Shown one piece after another: positions 19,293 to 30,449 of a stretch of 64,000 nt of DNA (the first letter of the stretch is position 1; every line of letters begins with the position of its first letter). The stretch spans positions 69,835 through 133,834 of IMG/VR virus record IMGVR_UViG_3300005563_000029; one strand, written 5' to 3'. Origin of the DNA: a virus. The notes under the pieces were generated by a model, which searched no databases, was not told the DNA's origin, and worked only from the letters and a program-made list of their open reading frames with translations. Position numbers and translations under genes: made by a program.

Positions 19293-22200
19293 TCAGTTCT
19301 CGGTCTTGGTCTCGGCCGGCGCGCTCGCGCGACGGCGTAGGACGTCCAGTAGCTCGTCCGGCGCGACGATGGCGGCAGCCACGAGCAGCTCGGCCCGCTC
19401 GGCGCTGGTCAGCGGCTTCACCGGCGGCGCCGCAGCATCCTTGGCACGGCGCTTAGCGTCCCGCTCACGCTCCTCACGCTGCCGGGCCTCAGCCTCGACG
19501 CGGCGCTGGTTGTGCAGCTTGGCGGCGGCACCAGAGCCCTGCGGCCCGCTGTAGCGGCTCACGTCTCCGGCCCCTCGCCGCGGATGACCCGCATGCCGCC
19601 CTGCCCCGCGCGGTTGCCGATGCGGTACGTGGCGGTCACGTCCAGCCCGGGAAGCCCGCCGTCGTAGTCGGTGCTGTACGAGATCGAACCGTCCCAGGAG
19701 TCGCCGACTTCGACATGGTCTGCCATGTCCCGCAGGACCGCGGCGGTCTGCTGCTCGGTCATGCGGACCGGCGCCGGACCGGTGGGCGTTTCCTGCTCCT
19801 CCGGCCAGATGCCCGGCCACCGGTACTCCGCGTCGATCTGCACCACCCGGCCGTCCTGCACGATGAACCTGGACGGCGGCTCACCGAAGCCCGATTCCCA
19901 CCGCGCCTCGATGAAGCCGGCGAACTCGTGGTCGCCGAACTGGTCGACCACGGCCTGGATCTCGTCCACCAGGTTGTGGCCGGAGTATTCGATATCCAGC
20001 GGGACAACCGCGTCGGCGGTCGTGCGCACCGTGACGGTCTCACCGTCCTCCGACTCGACCTGCCGCTCCACGATGCGGAACCGGATGTCCTTGAAGTTCT
20101 CGGGGTAGGCGTCGCGGATCTGTTTGCGGGTCAGCGGCGGCGTGATGGTGATGGCGCCGGTGAAGTGGTTGCTGTAGCCCATCTCAGGACTCCTTGGTCT
20201 GGGTGGTGACCGGCGTGCACCGCGGGCATTCGCCACGCACGTCCGGCAGCGGCTGGCCGTAGACCGCGGCCAGGACTTCGTCTTCGGTGACATCGCCGAT
20301 CGGCTCATCGCAGCCGTTACAGACGCGCTGCGTGGTGTAGCGGGTGGAGGTCGTGCCGTCGTCGCGGACAACCTGGCGGGGCGGGGTCGTGGTGCGCATC
20401 AGCCAAACTCCAAGTTCGTGTTCTCTCGCGCGCACGTCTCCATGCAGGTCGCGAGCAGAAGCCCGTTGGTCAGGTCGTAGTCGAAGGTCGGATCGTCGGC
20501 ATCCCAGGTGACGAGGATCTCCCGCAGTCTCGGCACCACCAGCGCGCATTCCTCGGGCGTCATCTCGCCGTCGCAGTCCGAATGGTTCAGCAGCGGTTTC
20601 AGATCGGTCGTGGCCTCGTCCCAACTTCGGGTTCCGGGTGCTTGGTAGCTGTCGTGAAGGCTCCAGTCAAGCTTGCTGTAGCCCTGCATCTCGTCGAGGT
20701 CTAGCCCTTCGGCAGCGGCCAGGCGGCTACGGAACAAGCCAAAACCGGGGTAGTCCCACTGTGGGCAGCAGGCGGGGCGTGGCTGCTCAGGCTCTACGCC
20801 GTGGCGGAAGCTAACGCCCATTAGAAGCGCCACCACCCGTCGTGGCCTTCGGGCACTGCCGGATACTCCGCCAGCATCGGCTTCAGCAGCGCCAGCAGCC
20901 GCGCGTTCTCCTCCGGGTCCTGGCCGGCAGCCCAGAAGTTGGTGCCGTCCCAGCGGGCGAAAGGCCGACCGCCGTAACGGCCGTCATCGTGCTGCTCAAG
21001 GAACTGCATCGCGTCCTTCGGGGTCGGACGCTGAATGTCCCACAGCTCGCCAGCGACAGCGCCGGTCACGCCGTTCTTGCGACGGAACCACACGGCCCGC
21101 ACCGACGCGTGGGCGTACTCGCCGTTGCGGCCGCCCTCGACGTTGACGTGCAGGCTGGACAGGTCCACGGCGTAGGGCCGGTGGGAGAGCACGAACTTGT
21201 CCTCGCGGTACATCAAGCCTCCTTCGGCTTCTCGCCGGAACCGGGGCAGCGCGGCGAGAGTCCAGTCCAGTAGTCGGGCCGGCCGGTAGTGTGCGGGCCG
21301 ATCGTGCCGTCCTTCAGGACACGCATCTCCCGCTCGCACACCGAACAGATGCCGCGACCGGCAGGTGTCTTCGCTGGCTCCGGCGGGCAGTCGCACCCGT
21401 CGCGCAGGAACTGGTAGTACCGCTCGCGGTAGGTTTCGTGGTCCACACGGCGGCAGGTAACGCCTCGCGATTCGGCGTCGCGCCGGTCCTTCTCAGTCCA
21501 GTAGAAGGCGTTCCACGCCTGCCGCTCGGTCTGAACGTCGGCGGTTGCGGTATGCAGGCCGAACGGGTGGCCGCACGCGCGGAAGAACAGCCAGGAGTCG
21601 GACATCAGTCGTTCTCCTTCACCAGCGCCTCGTCGAGCACCCGCGCCGCCTCGCTCAGCAGGTCCGCAGCCCGGTCCAGCTGGCCGGCGCGGGTCTGCCA
21701 CTCCTCGTCCTGCGAGGTCAAGTCGTACTCGTTTGCGCGGTACCGAATCTCGATGGCCAGCAGGCCCAGCTTCTGTGCGGTCTTGTCGTTCAGCTTCATC
21801 AGTTGCTCACCGCCTCGGTGAGCGCCCTACGCCCAGCATCGCTAATCACGCACCGTCCGTCCGGTAGCTCATCGAGCAGCCCGCGCCACTCAAGCGTCGT
21901 TGCGGCCCGCTCCAGCGACTTCCGACGCCGCAGCCACTCCCGGTGGGCGCGACTGCCCCAGTTGGCCGGCTCCACGGGAAGCAGTAACTTGACCGCATCG
22001 TGTCGTTCCATGGGCTCGGTGGCGTCGGCGTAGGCGCGCAAAACAGTCAGGTCGTTCGCGGAGGGGTCGTAGATCATGACCGCGCCCCCCTCGAGGCCAG
22101 CGCCGCCTTCACCGCAGCGTCCCGCCACGCCAGCAGCAGATCCGGCAGGTCCGTCTCGTCGGCCGGGCGCATCTCGGGCCGGTCGAAGTCGCCCGCGCAC

Positions 22201-25045
22201 TGGTTCACGTAGGCGCCGCCGTCACCGACCGAGGCCAGGATGTCCATCAGCGTCTCCTCGGCCGGGTCGGTGTCCGGCTCGGACGGCCAGCCGAGGACCG
22301 CCTCGACACGCACGACATTCCGTCCGCGGACCAGGACCCGCTCGGCCAGGGTTCCCTGCGGACGGGCGTGGCGGATCTCAATGCATCCGTTGAAGTTGTG
22401 GGCGCCGTAGTGGTCAATGACCTTCTGGAGTTCGGTCTCCAGCCAGCCGTCGGTCCGGCCGCCGGGGGAGACGCGGATTCCAACGGCGTCGGAGCCGTCG
22501 AGCACCATCTCCAGCGCTGACAGCTTCGGGCCGTCCTGGATCTCAGACCACTCGATCGGCGGCGTGATGCGGATCAAGTTCTTGTTCGGGTTGACCATGG
22601 TCATCAATCTGACTCCTCGTCATCCATCTCTACGCCCGCAGCCACCAGCGCGTCGTAGGCGTTACACACGCGCTTCCATGCAACCTGCCTGGCCTTGGTC
22701 GGCCGGTCGCCCGGGATCGCAGCCCACGCCGCTTCGGTCTCGGCGTACTCAGCCTTCAGCTTCTCGATGTCGTCCATCAGTCTTCGTCCTCCGGGTAGGG
22801 CCCGTTCGCGAGCCAGATGTCGAACTCGGCTGCGTCGCACACCCGCTTGATCTCGGCATCCGCATCGACACCGCCGGCCAGCCACACCAGGTGGGTCTTC
22901 TTGCAGGGCCACGCCTCGCCGCTGTTGCAGGTGCACAGGCCGTATCCGCCGGCGATGTTCGGCGGCAGGCAAGCACCGACCTGCTCGGCGAGGTCGGCCA
23001 GATCGGACTCCACGCCACCCCGGTTCTCCACAGCGAAGTCGTAGCCGCAGATCTCGGCGATGCGCTCGAAGTGCGGACCAAGCTGTTCGATCACCGTGTT
23101 CAGCGTGGCGATCTCGTCGGCGAGCTCCGTCGGCGCCCACTCGGAATCCAAGCCGACGTCCACGAACATCCGGATCATGCCGCCGTTGCTACGAATCAGG
23201 TCTGGAAGTTCGGCAAGGGTGTAGGGCTGGGTCATCAGTGATCCTCCGCGTGCCATGCGCCGTGCTTGCGCCTGGCCTCATCGATCTCGGACATGTCGGT
23301 AGGGTTGCCGGCGAACAACTCGACCGGCTTGCCGTCGAAGGGGGCACAAAACGCGCACCACAGGCTCAGGAAGTCGTAGTCCCACGTCACCGAGAACGGG
23401 GCCTGCGGCACAAACTGCGGCTTCCGGTACACCCAGTGGCCCGTGTCCACGTACCGGCCGTTCTGCTTCACCAGCACCGACGTGCCGCGGATGCCGCGCC
23501 GCTCGACCTCTTCCCAGGTGTAGTCGGAGAAGCTGGCGTCGACCGCCGTCTTCACCGCGGCCAGAGCCTGGTACTCGGTGGTGTCGTAGACGGTGATGCC
23601 GTCGAGGGAGCTGTACTCCCACACCCAGACGTCGGTCCACTTGGTGTCGCTCATTGAGGGTCACCGCCGATCGCAGCGCGGCCAGCATCAGTGATCCGGA
23701 CAGGATCGGCGTGGCCGTCACCGACGTTGATGAACGCAAGGGCGTCGAGTATGCGGAACGTCTGCGTGTTGAACACCAGCGTCGTGCCGTGCAGACGCCA
23801 CCGGCTGCGAGGCTCGGATTCGAAAATCACGCCGTTGCCGTAGTCGCAAGCCGCGATGGCCTTCAGAAGCTTGATGCCGCCGGGAGTGAGCTTCCGGCCG
23901 GAGGCCTCGGTGGAGTACCAGGCGCTCAAGACGCACCTCCCGTAGGGATCTGGTCCGCGCGCGGCACCCGGGTCCGGCCCCGACTGTATGGCGGCAGCGG
24001 ATCCGGTACCGGCACCATGATGTGCGTGTAGCCGTCGATCTCGTTGCCGTCGCGGTCCCAGTAGATCTGGTCGTTGCGGTCGTCACTCCACTCCGACGTG
24101 ACGCCGGTTAGCTTCATCTGCGCCTCGGTCAGTTCGCTGGCATACACGTCCTTGGCCGGCCGCACGTCGTAACTGACGCCGTCAGGAAGATCCAGGTGTG
24201 CGAAGGCCGCCTCCAGTTCCTCCAGCAGCGCCACGAACCGTGCCTGCCACGCATGTGGCATCGACTGCGCCAGGACGCGCGGAATCACCTGATAGGAGGC
24301 GTAGGTCAGGCCGAAGAAGTCGTGGACCGGGCCGTCCTCCTGTTCGCGCTGGCGGTTGTACGTCTCGAGCGCACGGTCGTAGATCCGGCTGGACTCCTGC
24401 TCGCCGGCCTCGGACTTCAGCCGGGTGATGGCGTCGTTCAGCTCGGCGGTGGTTCCGCGACGGAACAGGGTGATGAGGTCTTGTTCGGTGACGGTCATGA
24501 TCATGCCTCTCGTTCCACGCCGTTGGCGTCGTCGAGTTCGTTCAGGGCCTGGACCCACATACGCCGGCCTTCGGTCTCGCCGTAGGTCTTCAGCAGGTCG
24601 GGATAGATCCGAAGTGCACTGTCGCCGGACGGGTCCCGCTCGTCGGCGTTGCGGATGCGGATCGCAGTCGGGCTGAGCTTGGTCATCGCGGGTCGCCGCC
24701 GCCCAACTTCGCGGTGTTGAACGCGCAGGACTTGGGGTCGATGCCGTCGCAGTTGTCGCAGGAATGAGCGGCGACTTCTGCTCGCGTCTTGGCCTCAGCA
24801 AGAACGGCGTCGTACATGTCCACGTGGCCGCACGGGTTAGTCCACACCTGAACGCTGTACCACCCACCGTCGTCGCACTGTCGGTGCCACCGGGGCTCTC
24901 CACGCTTGCCGCCGCACTGCGGGCAGTAGGCGGAAATGGTGACTTCGCGGGTAAGCGGCGATGCATAGCCGCGGCCCCAGTACGCGGCTTCGGTCAACGT
25001 GTCGTGAACGGTAACCGTCATGGTTTCGTCGGTAGCGATGGTCAT
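19293..25045 (-). other. array of small hypothetical CDS, including 19559-20182, 20184-20399, 20399-20821, 20821-21213, 21213-21605, 21605-21799, 21799-22077, 22074-22607, 22777-23235, 23235-23654, 23651-23929, 23926-24504, 24501-24686, 24683-25045
   Basis: Head-to-tail ORFs with overlapping stop/start codons. Confidence 0.7.
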
Positions 25046-25081
25046 GCTGGCCTCCTTCGGCCGTTGCTGTTTGTCTGCATG

Positions 25082-25167
25082 TGGTGCCGCGCCCGGGTTC
25101 GAACCCGGAACCTCGCCGCCCCGTGTGCAACCCGGGGCGGACGCTCTGGCCAGTTGAGCTACACGGC
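25082..25167 (-). tRNA. atypical tRNA or tRNA mimic with an elongated anticodon stem (loop centred on TGC)
   Basis: GCCGTG-TA-GCTC-AACTGGCCA-GAGC-GT-CCGCCCCG-GGTTGCACA-CGGGGCGG-CGAGGT-TCCGGG-TTCGAA-CCCGGG-CGCGGC-ACCA. Confidence 0.75.
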
Positions 25168-25193
25168 TTGGGCCGCACAAGGCGGCCGGTGGA

Positions 25194-26548
25194 TCAGAAG
25201 CTGACGATCGAGTTGGTCACGCTGATCCGGGATCGCGCCGACCCGTACTTCGAGGCGGCGGTCCGAATCAACGAGCCATTGAACTCGAAGCTGGACAGTG
25301 CCTCGATCAGCGCACGAACCTCAAGGACGACGGACAACGTCGACAATGGCGGGTTGTTGCCGGGCACAATCGCCGTACCGTCGCGACTCACCCGCACGTA
25401 GCTGGTATCCGGGATGCGGTCCAGGTCGTCGCGGCCGGCGGCCGGGCTGATGGCGATGTGGCCGATCAGGGTAGCTTCGGTGGTCTCCATGTCAGGACTC
25501 CTTGGATTCCTTGGGTTCGGATACCAGCTGGTAGCCGCGCAGCCCGCGCTCGTCGTACATCACGCGGGACTTGCGGCCGAGGCCGGTCGGGCTTTGAACG
25601 ATCGCGTACCGGATGCCGTCGACCTCAAGGATCCGGACGGTCCGGCCGGCGCTGCGACGGTCCTTGTCGGCCCAGATCTGGCCGGGGACGACCTTGATGG
25701 GCGGGTTGCTGGTGGGCATGTCAGGACTCCTTCGGCTTCTGGCCCCAGCCGGAGCAGCGGGGATACCAGATCGAGGTGGTGGCCTTGCGCTTGTCGCTGT
25801 GCATCCCGACCGTTCCGTCCTTCAGGAGACTCAGGTCCTTGCGCTCGCACACCGAGCAGGTGCCGGTTCCGTACTTGGCCATGTCAGACCTCTTCTCGTT
25901 CAATGCCGAGCGTCTCGGCGATCCGGTCAAGCGTCGCGTCCAGCGCCGCGAACTTCAGGTTCGCGTCCACCACCAGGTGGTACAGCTCCGCCGGCACCAT
26001 GTGCGGGTCCACGACCGTATGGGAGAACAGGCGGAGCAGGGAGCCGTTCTCACGGTCTATTGCGGCGGTGAAGTCGGCGGGGGTCCAGCGGGTGGTCATC
26101 GAGACCACGACTCGCCGTGCCGGGTGCCGTTGCACTCGCAGTCGCAGGTATCGGAGGTGGCGTTGTGGCAACGGCTGGTGCACTTCACTTCCGGTGCCAA
26201 ACGGGCCTTGACCCGGCGCATCTTCAGCGGCTCGTTGTGTTCCTCGCACGCCAGCCCAAGCTGCCGCAGGTTACTGGCGGCGCCGTACTCGCGTCCGTAA
26301 AAACGGTCCTCGATACCGAGCCACACTCCGTCGTTGTTCTTGACGAGCGCGCCGGTCAGAGGAGATTTGCCGAACCACACGCGAAACACGGTGGCGTTGA
26401 TCGCGGCACGCGTCCTGCACCCGGCGTGGAGGCAGCGGCCAATGAATCGAACGTGCTCGACGCGCTCGCCGTAGACGTCGGGAGTGCGCTGGTAACCCTC
26501 GCCGCGGCCATGCCACAGGAGTTCGCGGTGGTCGATTGCGGTGGTCAT
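25194..26548 (-). other. small hypothetical CDS: 25194-25490, 25492-25719, 25721-25882, 25884-26099, 26096-26548
   Basis: AGGAGTCCTGAC-type leaders before the ATGs at 25490 and 25719; 26096-26548 has a Cys-rich C-terminus. Confidence 0.65.
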
Positions 26549-26565
26549 CTCCAGCTCCTGCTTCC

Positions 26566-26642
26566 TAGTTTCTGTAATACAGAAACTACGCCTCTTGGGG
26601 TCGCGCCGCAAGCGGTTCGGCGCTATTTTCGTATTACGGAAA
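26566..26642. promoter_or_regulatory. palindromic operator pair in a divergent promoter region
   Basis: Perfect 11-bp inverted repeat TAGTTTCTGTA-A-TACAGAAACTA (26566-26588) and related TTTTCGTA-T-TACGGAAA (26626-26642). Confidence 0.8.
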
Positions 26643-26666
26643 CGATCGCCCATCAAGGAGGTAGCT

Positions 26667-26921
26667 ATGATCCCTGTGACACAGAAACCCGGTGCTGACC
26701 CGAGGAGCGTTGTGGCCCGTCCGAAGACCGGTGAGACGCCCGTTCGGACACTCCGGATCCCCAACCCGGATTGGCCGGACTTTCACAAGGTCACCGGGCG
26801 CAGACTCGCCACTGTGGTTCATCAGTTCATCCGCTGGTACCTACGCCGGCCGGGTGCGAAGCTTCCGGAACGGCCGAGTGTCGAGGAAATCACAAGGCTG
26901 ACGAACAACCCCGAGTCCTAA
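26667..26921 (+). CDS. small ribbon-helix-helix-like DNA-binding protein
   Basis: TPVRTLRIP..DW....LATVVHQFIRWYLRRPGAKLPERP; AAGGAGG RBS. Confidence 0.7.
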   Translation: MIPVTQKPGADPRSVVARPKTGETPVRTLRIPNPDWPDFHKVTGRRLATVVHQFIRWYLRRPGAKLPERPSVEEITRLTNNPES

Positions 26922-26932
26922 CGCGCTCTCCA

Positions 26933-27415
26933 TCAGGACGCCTCAACCCACGTCGTCGGGATCCCGGCCCGCTCAGCCTTGGTCCCGCAGTCACGAGTAC
27001 CGGACCAGCGCTTGCCGAGCGGGAAGGCGACCGCTTGATCGGCCCCGAGCGACACCATGAGGCTGTTGCGGCGCGGCCCGGATTTCGGGCAGTACGTGTC
27101 CGCCACTCCCGGGTGCGCAGTGTCGCCGGGTCGGCGCCGTATACGGTGCGGTTTGGCCGGGCAGCCCGGTCCGCAGTCGTCCCACAGGGCCGGGTGTTCC
27201 TCAATGCGCCAGCCGAGATAGTCGGCGTAGGCCTCCGCTATGGCGTCACCGCCGTCAGGACAGTGGCCGGACACCAGCGTTGTCGGCGGGTCGTCCCAGC
27301 GACGCAGACCACGCCCCTGAAGAGCACGGTCGTAGGCGGCGTCGAGTGCGCGGGCGATGGTGTGGGCACGGTCAAGCGGCCAGCTGCGGGATGCGGCAAC
27401 GAGGATTCGGATCAC
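26933..27415 (-). CDS. SLOG/YspA-like (DUF2493-type) protein
   Basis: RILVAASRSW, LVSGHCPDGGDAIA, GPRRNSLMV.LGAD..VAF, SGTRDC...A..AGIP. Confidence 0.85.
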   Translation of the reverse strand: MIRILVAASRSWPLDRAHTIARALDAAYDRALQGRGLRRWDDPPTTLVSGHCPDGGDAIAEAYADYLGWRIEEHPALWDDCGPGCPAKPHRIRRRPGDTAHPGVADTYCPKSGPRRNSLMVSLGADQAVAFPLGKRWSGTRDCGTKAERAGIPTTWVEAS

Positions 27416-28353
27416 AGCGCGTCCTTCCGTGGCCACTTGCGCCGCGACTCCTGCCAGGACTCGATGAGGTCGGCCTGCTTCACGCGGGACCAGTCGGTCG
27501 AGACGACGCCGGCCGGATCGGCACCGCTCCAGTTCGCCGGCGCGTACCAGCGCGAGCCATCAGTGAGCATCCCGACCGCGGCGACGGAGCAGCCGCTGGA
27601 GCGCCAGAACAAACGGTAGACACCGGTCGGACGGCTTTTCATTTGCTCAGCAAGGTCCGGCTTCGACGCTTCGTCCGCCGCGTTCCGGTCGGCATAGAAC
27701 AGCACCCCGGTCACGATCGACGCGATCAGTTCGTCGCCGCGCGGCCCAGCCGGCACACCCTGCTCGCGGGCGATGCGTCTGGCCGCGTCACGCATCCGGT
27801 CCTCGGCATCCACGTCGAAACCGTCAGGCACCGCCCCGGTCTCGCCGTGACAGAGGCACACGCACGGCAGCTTGCACGTCTTGCACATGCCGCGGCAGTC
27901 GGCGCCGAAACCGTGCTCACAGCACGTCGACAGGTAGTAGCCCAGCTTGTGCTCCATGCTGACGGAAGTCTCGGGGATGTCCAGCAGGTCCGGGGCCGGG
28001 TGGCCGCAGCGGGAGTCGGCGGGGCGGAAGCGGCTAGTCGTCATCGCCGCCGCCCTGAAGCTCGGCGAGGTTGTCCTCGACGTACTCATACGTGGTGACG
28101 GCCCGAAGGATCATCTTGGGGCGGCCGACGATGGTGGCGTACTTCAGGATGTGCCGCGCTTCCGTCTGCGACGGCGATGTTTCCCGCCCGTAGTACCGGT
28201 CTGTCACGGGGTCCCAGTCGGTGTTTGTTGTGATGTACGCGGTGGTGGGCTTGGGTGCGCGGGGCTTGGTCGGCTTGGCGCTGCGGCCCGCAGTCGGGGC
28301 TTCGGTCTGCGCCGCGTCGGTCTGCTGCGCCTCTTCAGCGGTGACGGTCATCT

Positions 28354-28581
28354 TCAGCCCTTCGTTGCTCGGATGGTCACGGTGATGTCGCAGTCGAGCG
28401 CATTCGCCCACGCCACCAGGCTTGTCAGTGTCGGCGTGTGCCTTCCTGCCTCGTACTCGCCCACGGAGGTGCCGAGGCCGGACAGGAAGCCGACGCGGCG
28501 CTGGGACAAGCACAGCTTTATGCGGCGCCTCTTCAGCTTGGCCACGAGTTCGGCCGTATTGACCAGGTCGATTTCAGTCAC
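28354..28581 (-). CDS. XRE-family HTH protein
   Basis: LKRRRIKLCLSQRRVG....VGEYEAGRHTPTL. Confidence 0.85.
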   Translation of the reverse strand: MTEIDLVNTAELVAKLKRRRIKLCLSQRRVGFLSGLGTSVGEYEAGRHTPTLTSLVAWANALDCDITVTIRATKG

Positions 28582-28930
28582 GGCTTCCCTCCTCGATGCG
28601 GCGGCGGATCTCCTCGATGTCGTCGGGCTTCCCGCGCGCGGCCACCCGCCGGGCCCACGCGTTGGCTTGAATGTCCTGCCGAAGCTCATCGATGTTGGCG
28701 AAGCGGGTCTGTAGCGGTGGCGCGGGACGAACCGCGAACTCGAGATCGCACCCGAGCGCGCCAGCCCAATCAACGAGCTTCGTGGCGGACGGGCTGTGGC
28801 GCCCGGTCTCGTAGTTGCACAGCAGCGACACGCTGATACCGGGGGCATGATCCGCGACCTCACGCTGCGTCAGGCCGAGATCGATACGCCGCTGGCGAAG
28901 GAGCGCGGCCAGGTCGGAAACGTCAGTCAT
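28574..28930 (-). CDS. XRE-family HTH protein
   Basis: LRQRRIDLGLTQREVA....LCNYETGRHSPS. Confidence 0.85.
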   Translation of the reverse strand: MTDVSDLAALLRQRRIDLGLTQREVADHAPGISVSLLCNYETGRHSPSATKLVDWAGALGCDLEFAVRPAPPLQTRFANIDELRQDIQANAWARRVAARGKPDDIEEIRRRIEEGSRD

Positions 28931-29279
28931 CGTTGTCCTCTCGTGCGTCCTTACAGCAGCGGCAACATCCGTGCACGCCCCAGGCGCCGTAGCCCTCGGG
29001 GTCGTGCACCCGGAGCCACGCCAGCGAATCGGGATCCGGGTGTCCGACGCCATGGCCGGGGCAAACCCGCTCGGTCAGTACCAGCGCGTGGTCTTCGTGG
29101 GTCGGGCACAGCATCGCCCGGTCGGAACGGAACACCATGCGCCACCCGACCATGTGGTGGTTGCTGGGCCGGTGGATACAGCAGGGCCCGTCCTCGCACA
29201 CCTCGGCGGCGTGGTTCATGAGCACGATGCCGGGCCGTGGGGATGAGAACTCCACGTTCGCTAGCAGGTCGTCAGTCAT
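28923..29279 (-). CDS. Cys/His-rich actinophage hypothetical protein
   Basis: CCIHRPSNHHM..W...R.DR...ERVCP.HGVGHPDPDS. Confidence 0.7.
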   Translation of the reverse strand: MTDDLLANVEFSSPRPGIVLMNHAAEVCEDGPCCIHRPSNHHMVGWRMVFRSDRAMLCPTHEDHALVLTERVCPGHGVGHPDPDSLAWLRVHDPEGYGAWGVHGCCRCCKDAREDNDD

Positions 29280-29571
29280 CGCAGCCTCCTTGGAGGGCCA
29301 GTTGTAGTTCGACAGCGGCGTCGTCCCGGCCGCGCTGGTATGCCGCGATCCACTGCTCGTCGCCGATGATCAGCGGGTCGAGCCGCAGCCAGTCACACAG
29401 CCGCAGGAACGTGGCGGCGTCGCACGTGCCCTTGTGCTGCAGCAGCCGGGTGATGGTGCTCGGGTAGGTTCCGACCTCCGCGGCAAGGTCTTTCCGGGTC
29501 TCGCCGCGGCGCGCCAGCTCGGCACAGACCAGCGTCGGCAACTCGGACAGCAGATCAGGCATCTGGCTCAC
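29272..29571 (-). CDS. XRE-like HTH protein
   Basis: TRKDLAAEVGTYPSTITRL. Confidence 0.8.
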   Translation of the reverse strand: MSQMPDLLSELPTLVCAELARRGETRKDLAAEVGTYPSTITRLLQHKGTCDAATFLRLCDWLRLDPLIIGDEQWIAAYQRGRDDAAVELQLALQGGCDD

Positions 29572-30004
29572 CGCCCTTCGGGACCCACCCGACCTGCATC
29601 CCCAGCCAGTCCAGGATTTTGATCAGAGGCGCCAGCTCCGGCCGGGCGCCGTTCTCGACCCGAGACACGGTTGAGAAGCTGATGCCGATCTGCTCGGCTG
29701 CGGCGCGGATCGACAAGCCGAGTGATTGACGCCGGGTTCGTAGGAGTCCGGGCAGGCCGTTGAACGGCTTCGCTCCGGCGGGCAGTGTGTCGTCGTACAC
29801 GAACCGGGTGTCGCCGCCGTGGCCATGCACCGCAACCGCGTCATCGACGCACGCCCAGTTCACGGTGGAGGCGTGCGCGCCAAACCAGCGCAGCGTTACG
29901 GTTCCGTCGGCCCACACAACGCCGTCTGCGACGTGGCCGGCGCCGGACACGCCGGTGGAGTCAACATCACGCTCCAGACGGAACAGACGAGGACGCTCAG
30001 TCAT
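29555..30004 (-). CDS. phage domain fused to an XRE HTH
   Basis: FRLERDVDSTGVSGAGHVADGV...HGHGG plus LGLSIRAAAEQIGISFSTVSRVENG. Confidence 0.8.
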   Translation of the reverse strand: MTERPRLFRLERDVDSTGVSGAGHVADGVVWADGTVTLRWFGAHASTVNWACVDDAVAVHGHGGDTRFVYDDTLPAGAKPFNGLPGLLRTRRQSLGLSIRAAAEQIGISFSTVSRVENGARPELAPLIKILDWLGMQVGWVPKGGEPDA

Positions 30005-30449
30005 TGATCTCTCCGACCCCAGGGCACTGTTCCTCGGCGTCATAGACCCAGCCGCACGCGCACACGACCATGTCGCAGCCGTCGGCTTCGCTGTGAAAGG
30101 TGTCGAGGATGTCGTGGGCGCCGGGGCAGTTGGCGTGCTGGATGCGAAGCCGGTTCAGCGCCTTCTTCAACTCGGTGATCTCGCGGCGGCCGGCCTCGAT
30201 GTCCTTGCGGAGCGCCGCATGCGTTTCGTCGCACAAACCGTGGTCATCGCCGGTCAGCAGCCACGCGTCGGTCACGCCGAACGCCTCGCAGATCGCGGCA
30301 AACTCCAGCGGCCTCGGCGTCCTCTCGGCGGACAGGATCCGCACAAAGTGCTCCGGTTCCATGTCCGGCTGCACGTTCGGCTGGTCGGTGGCGAGTTGGC
30401 AGATCCGCCGCCACAGTGCCGTGTCCTCGGGGGCTTGAACGTCAGGCAT
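29997..30449 (-). CDS. degenerate HTH-containing protein
   Basis: RILSAERTPRPLEFAAICEAFGVTDAWLLTG. Confidence 0.55.
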   Translation of the reverse strand: MPDVQAPEDTALWRRICQLATDQPNVQPDMEPEHFVRILSAERTPRPLEFAAICEAFGVTDAWLLTGDDHGLCDETHAALRKDIEAGRREITELKKALNRLRIQHANCPGAHDILDTFHSEADGCDMVVCACGWVYDAEEQCPGVGEIND

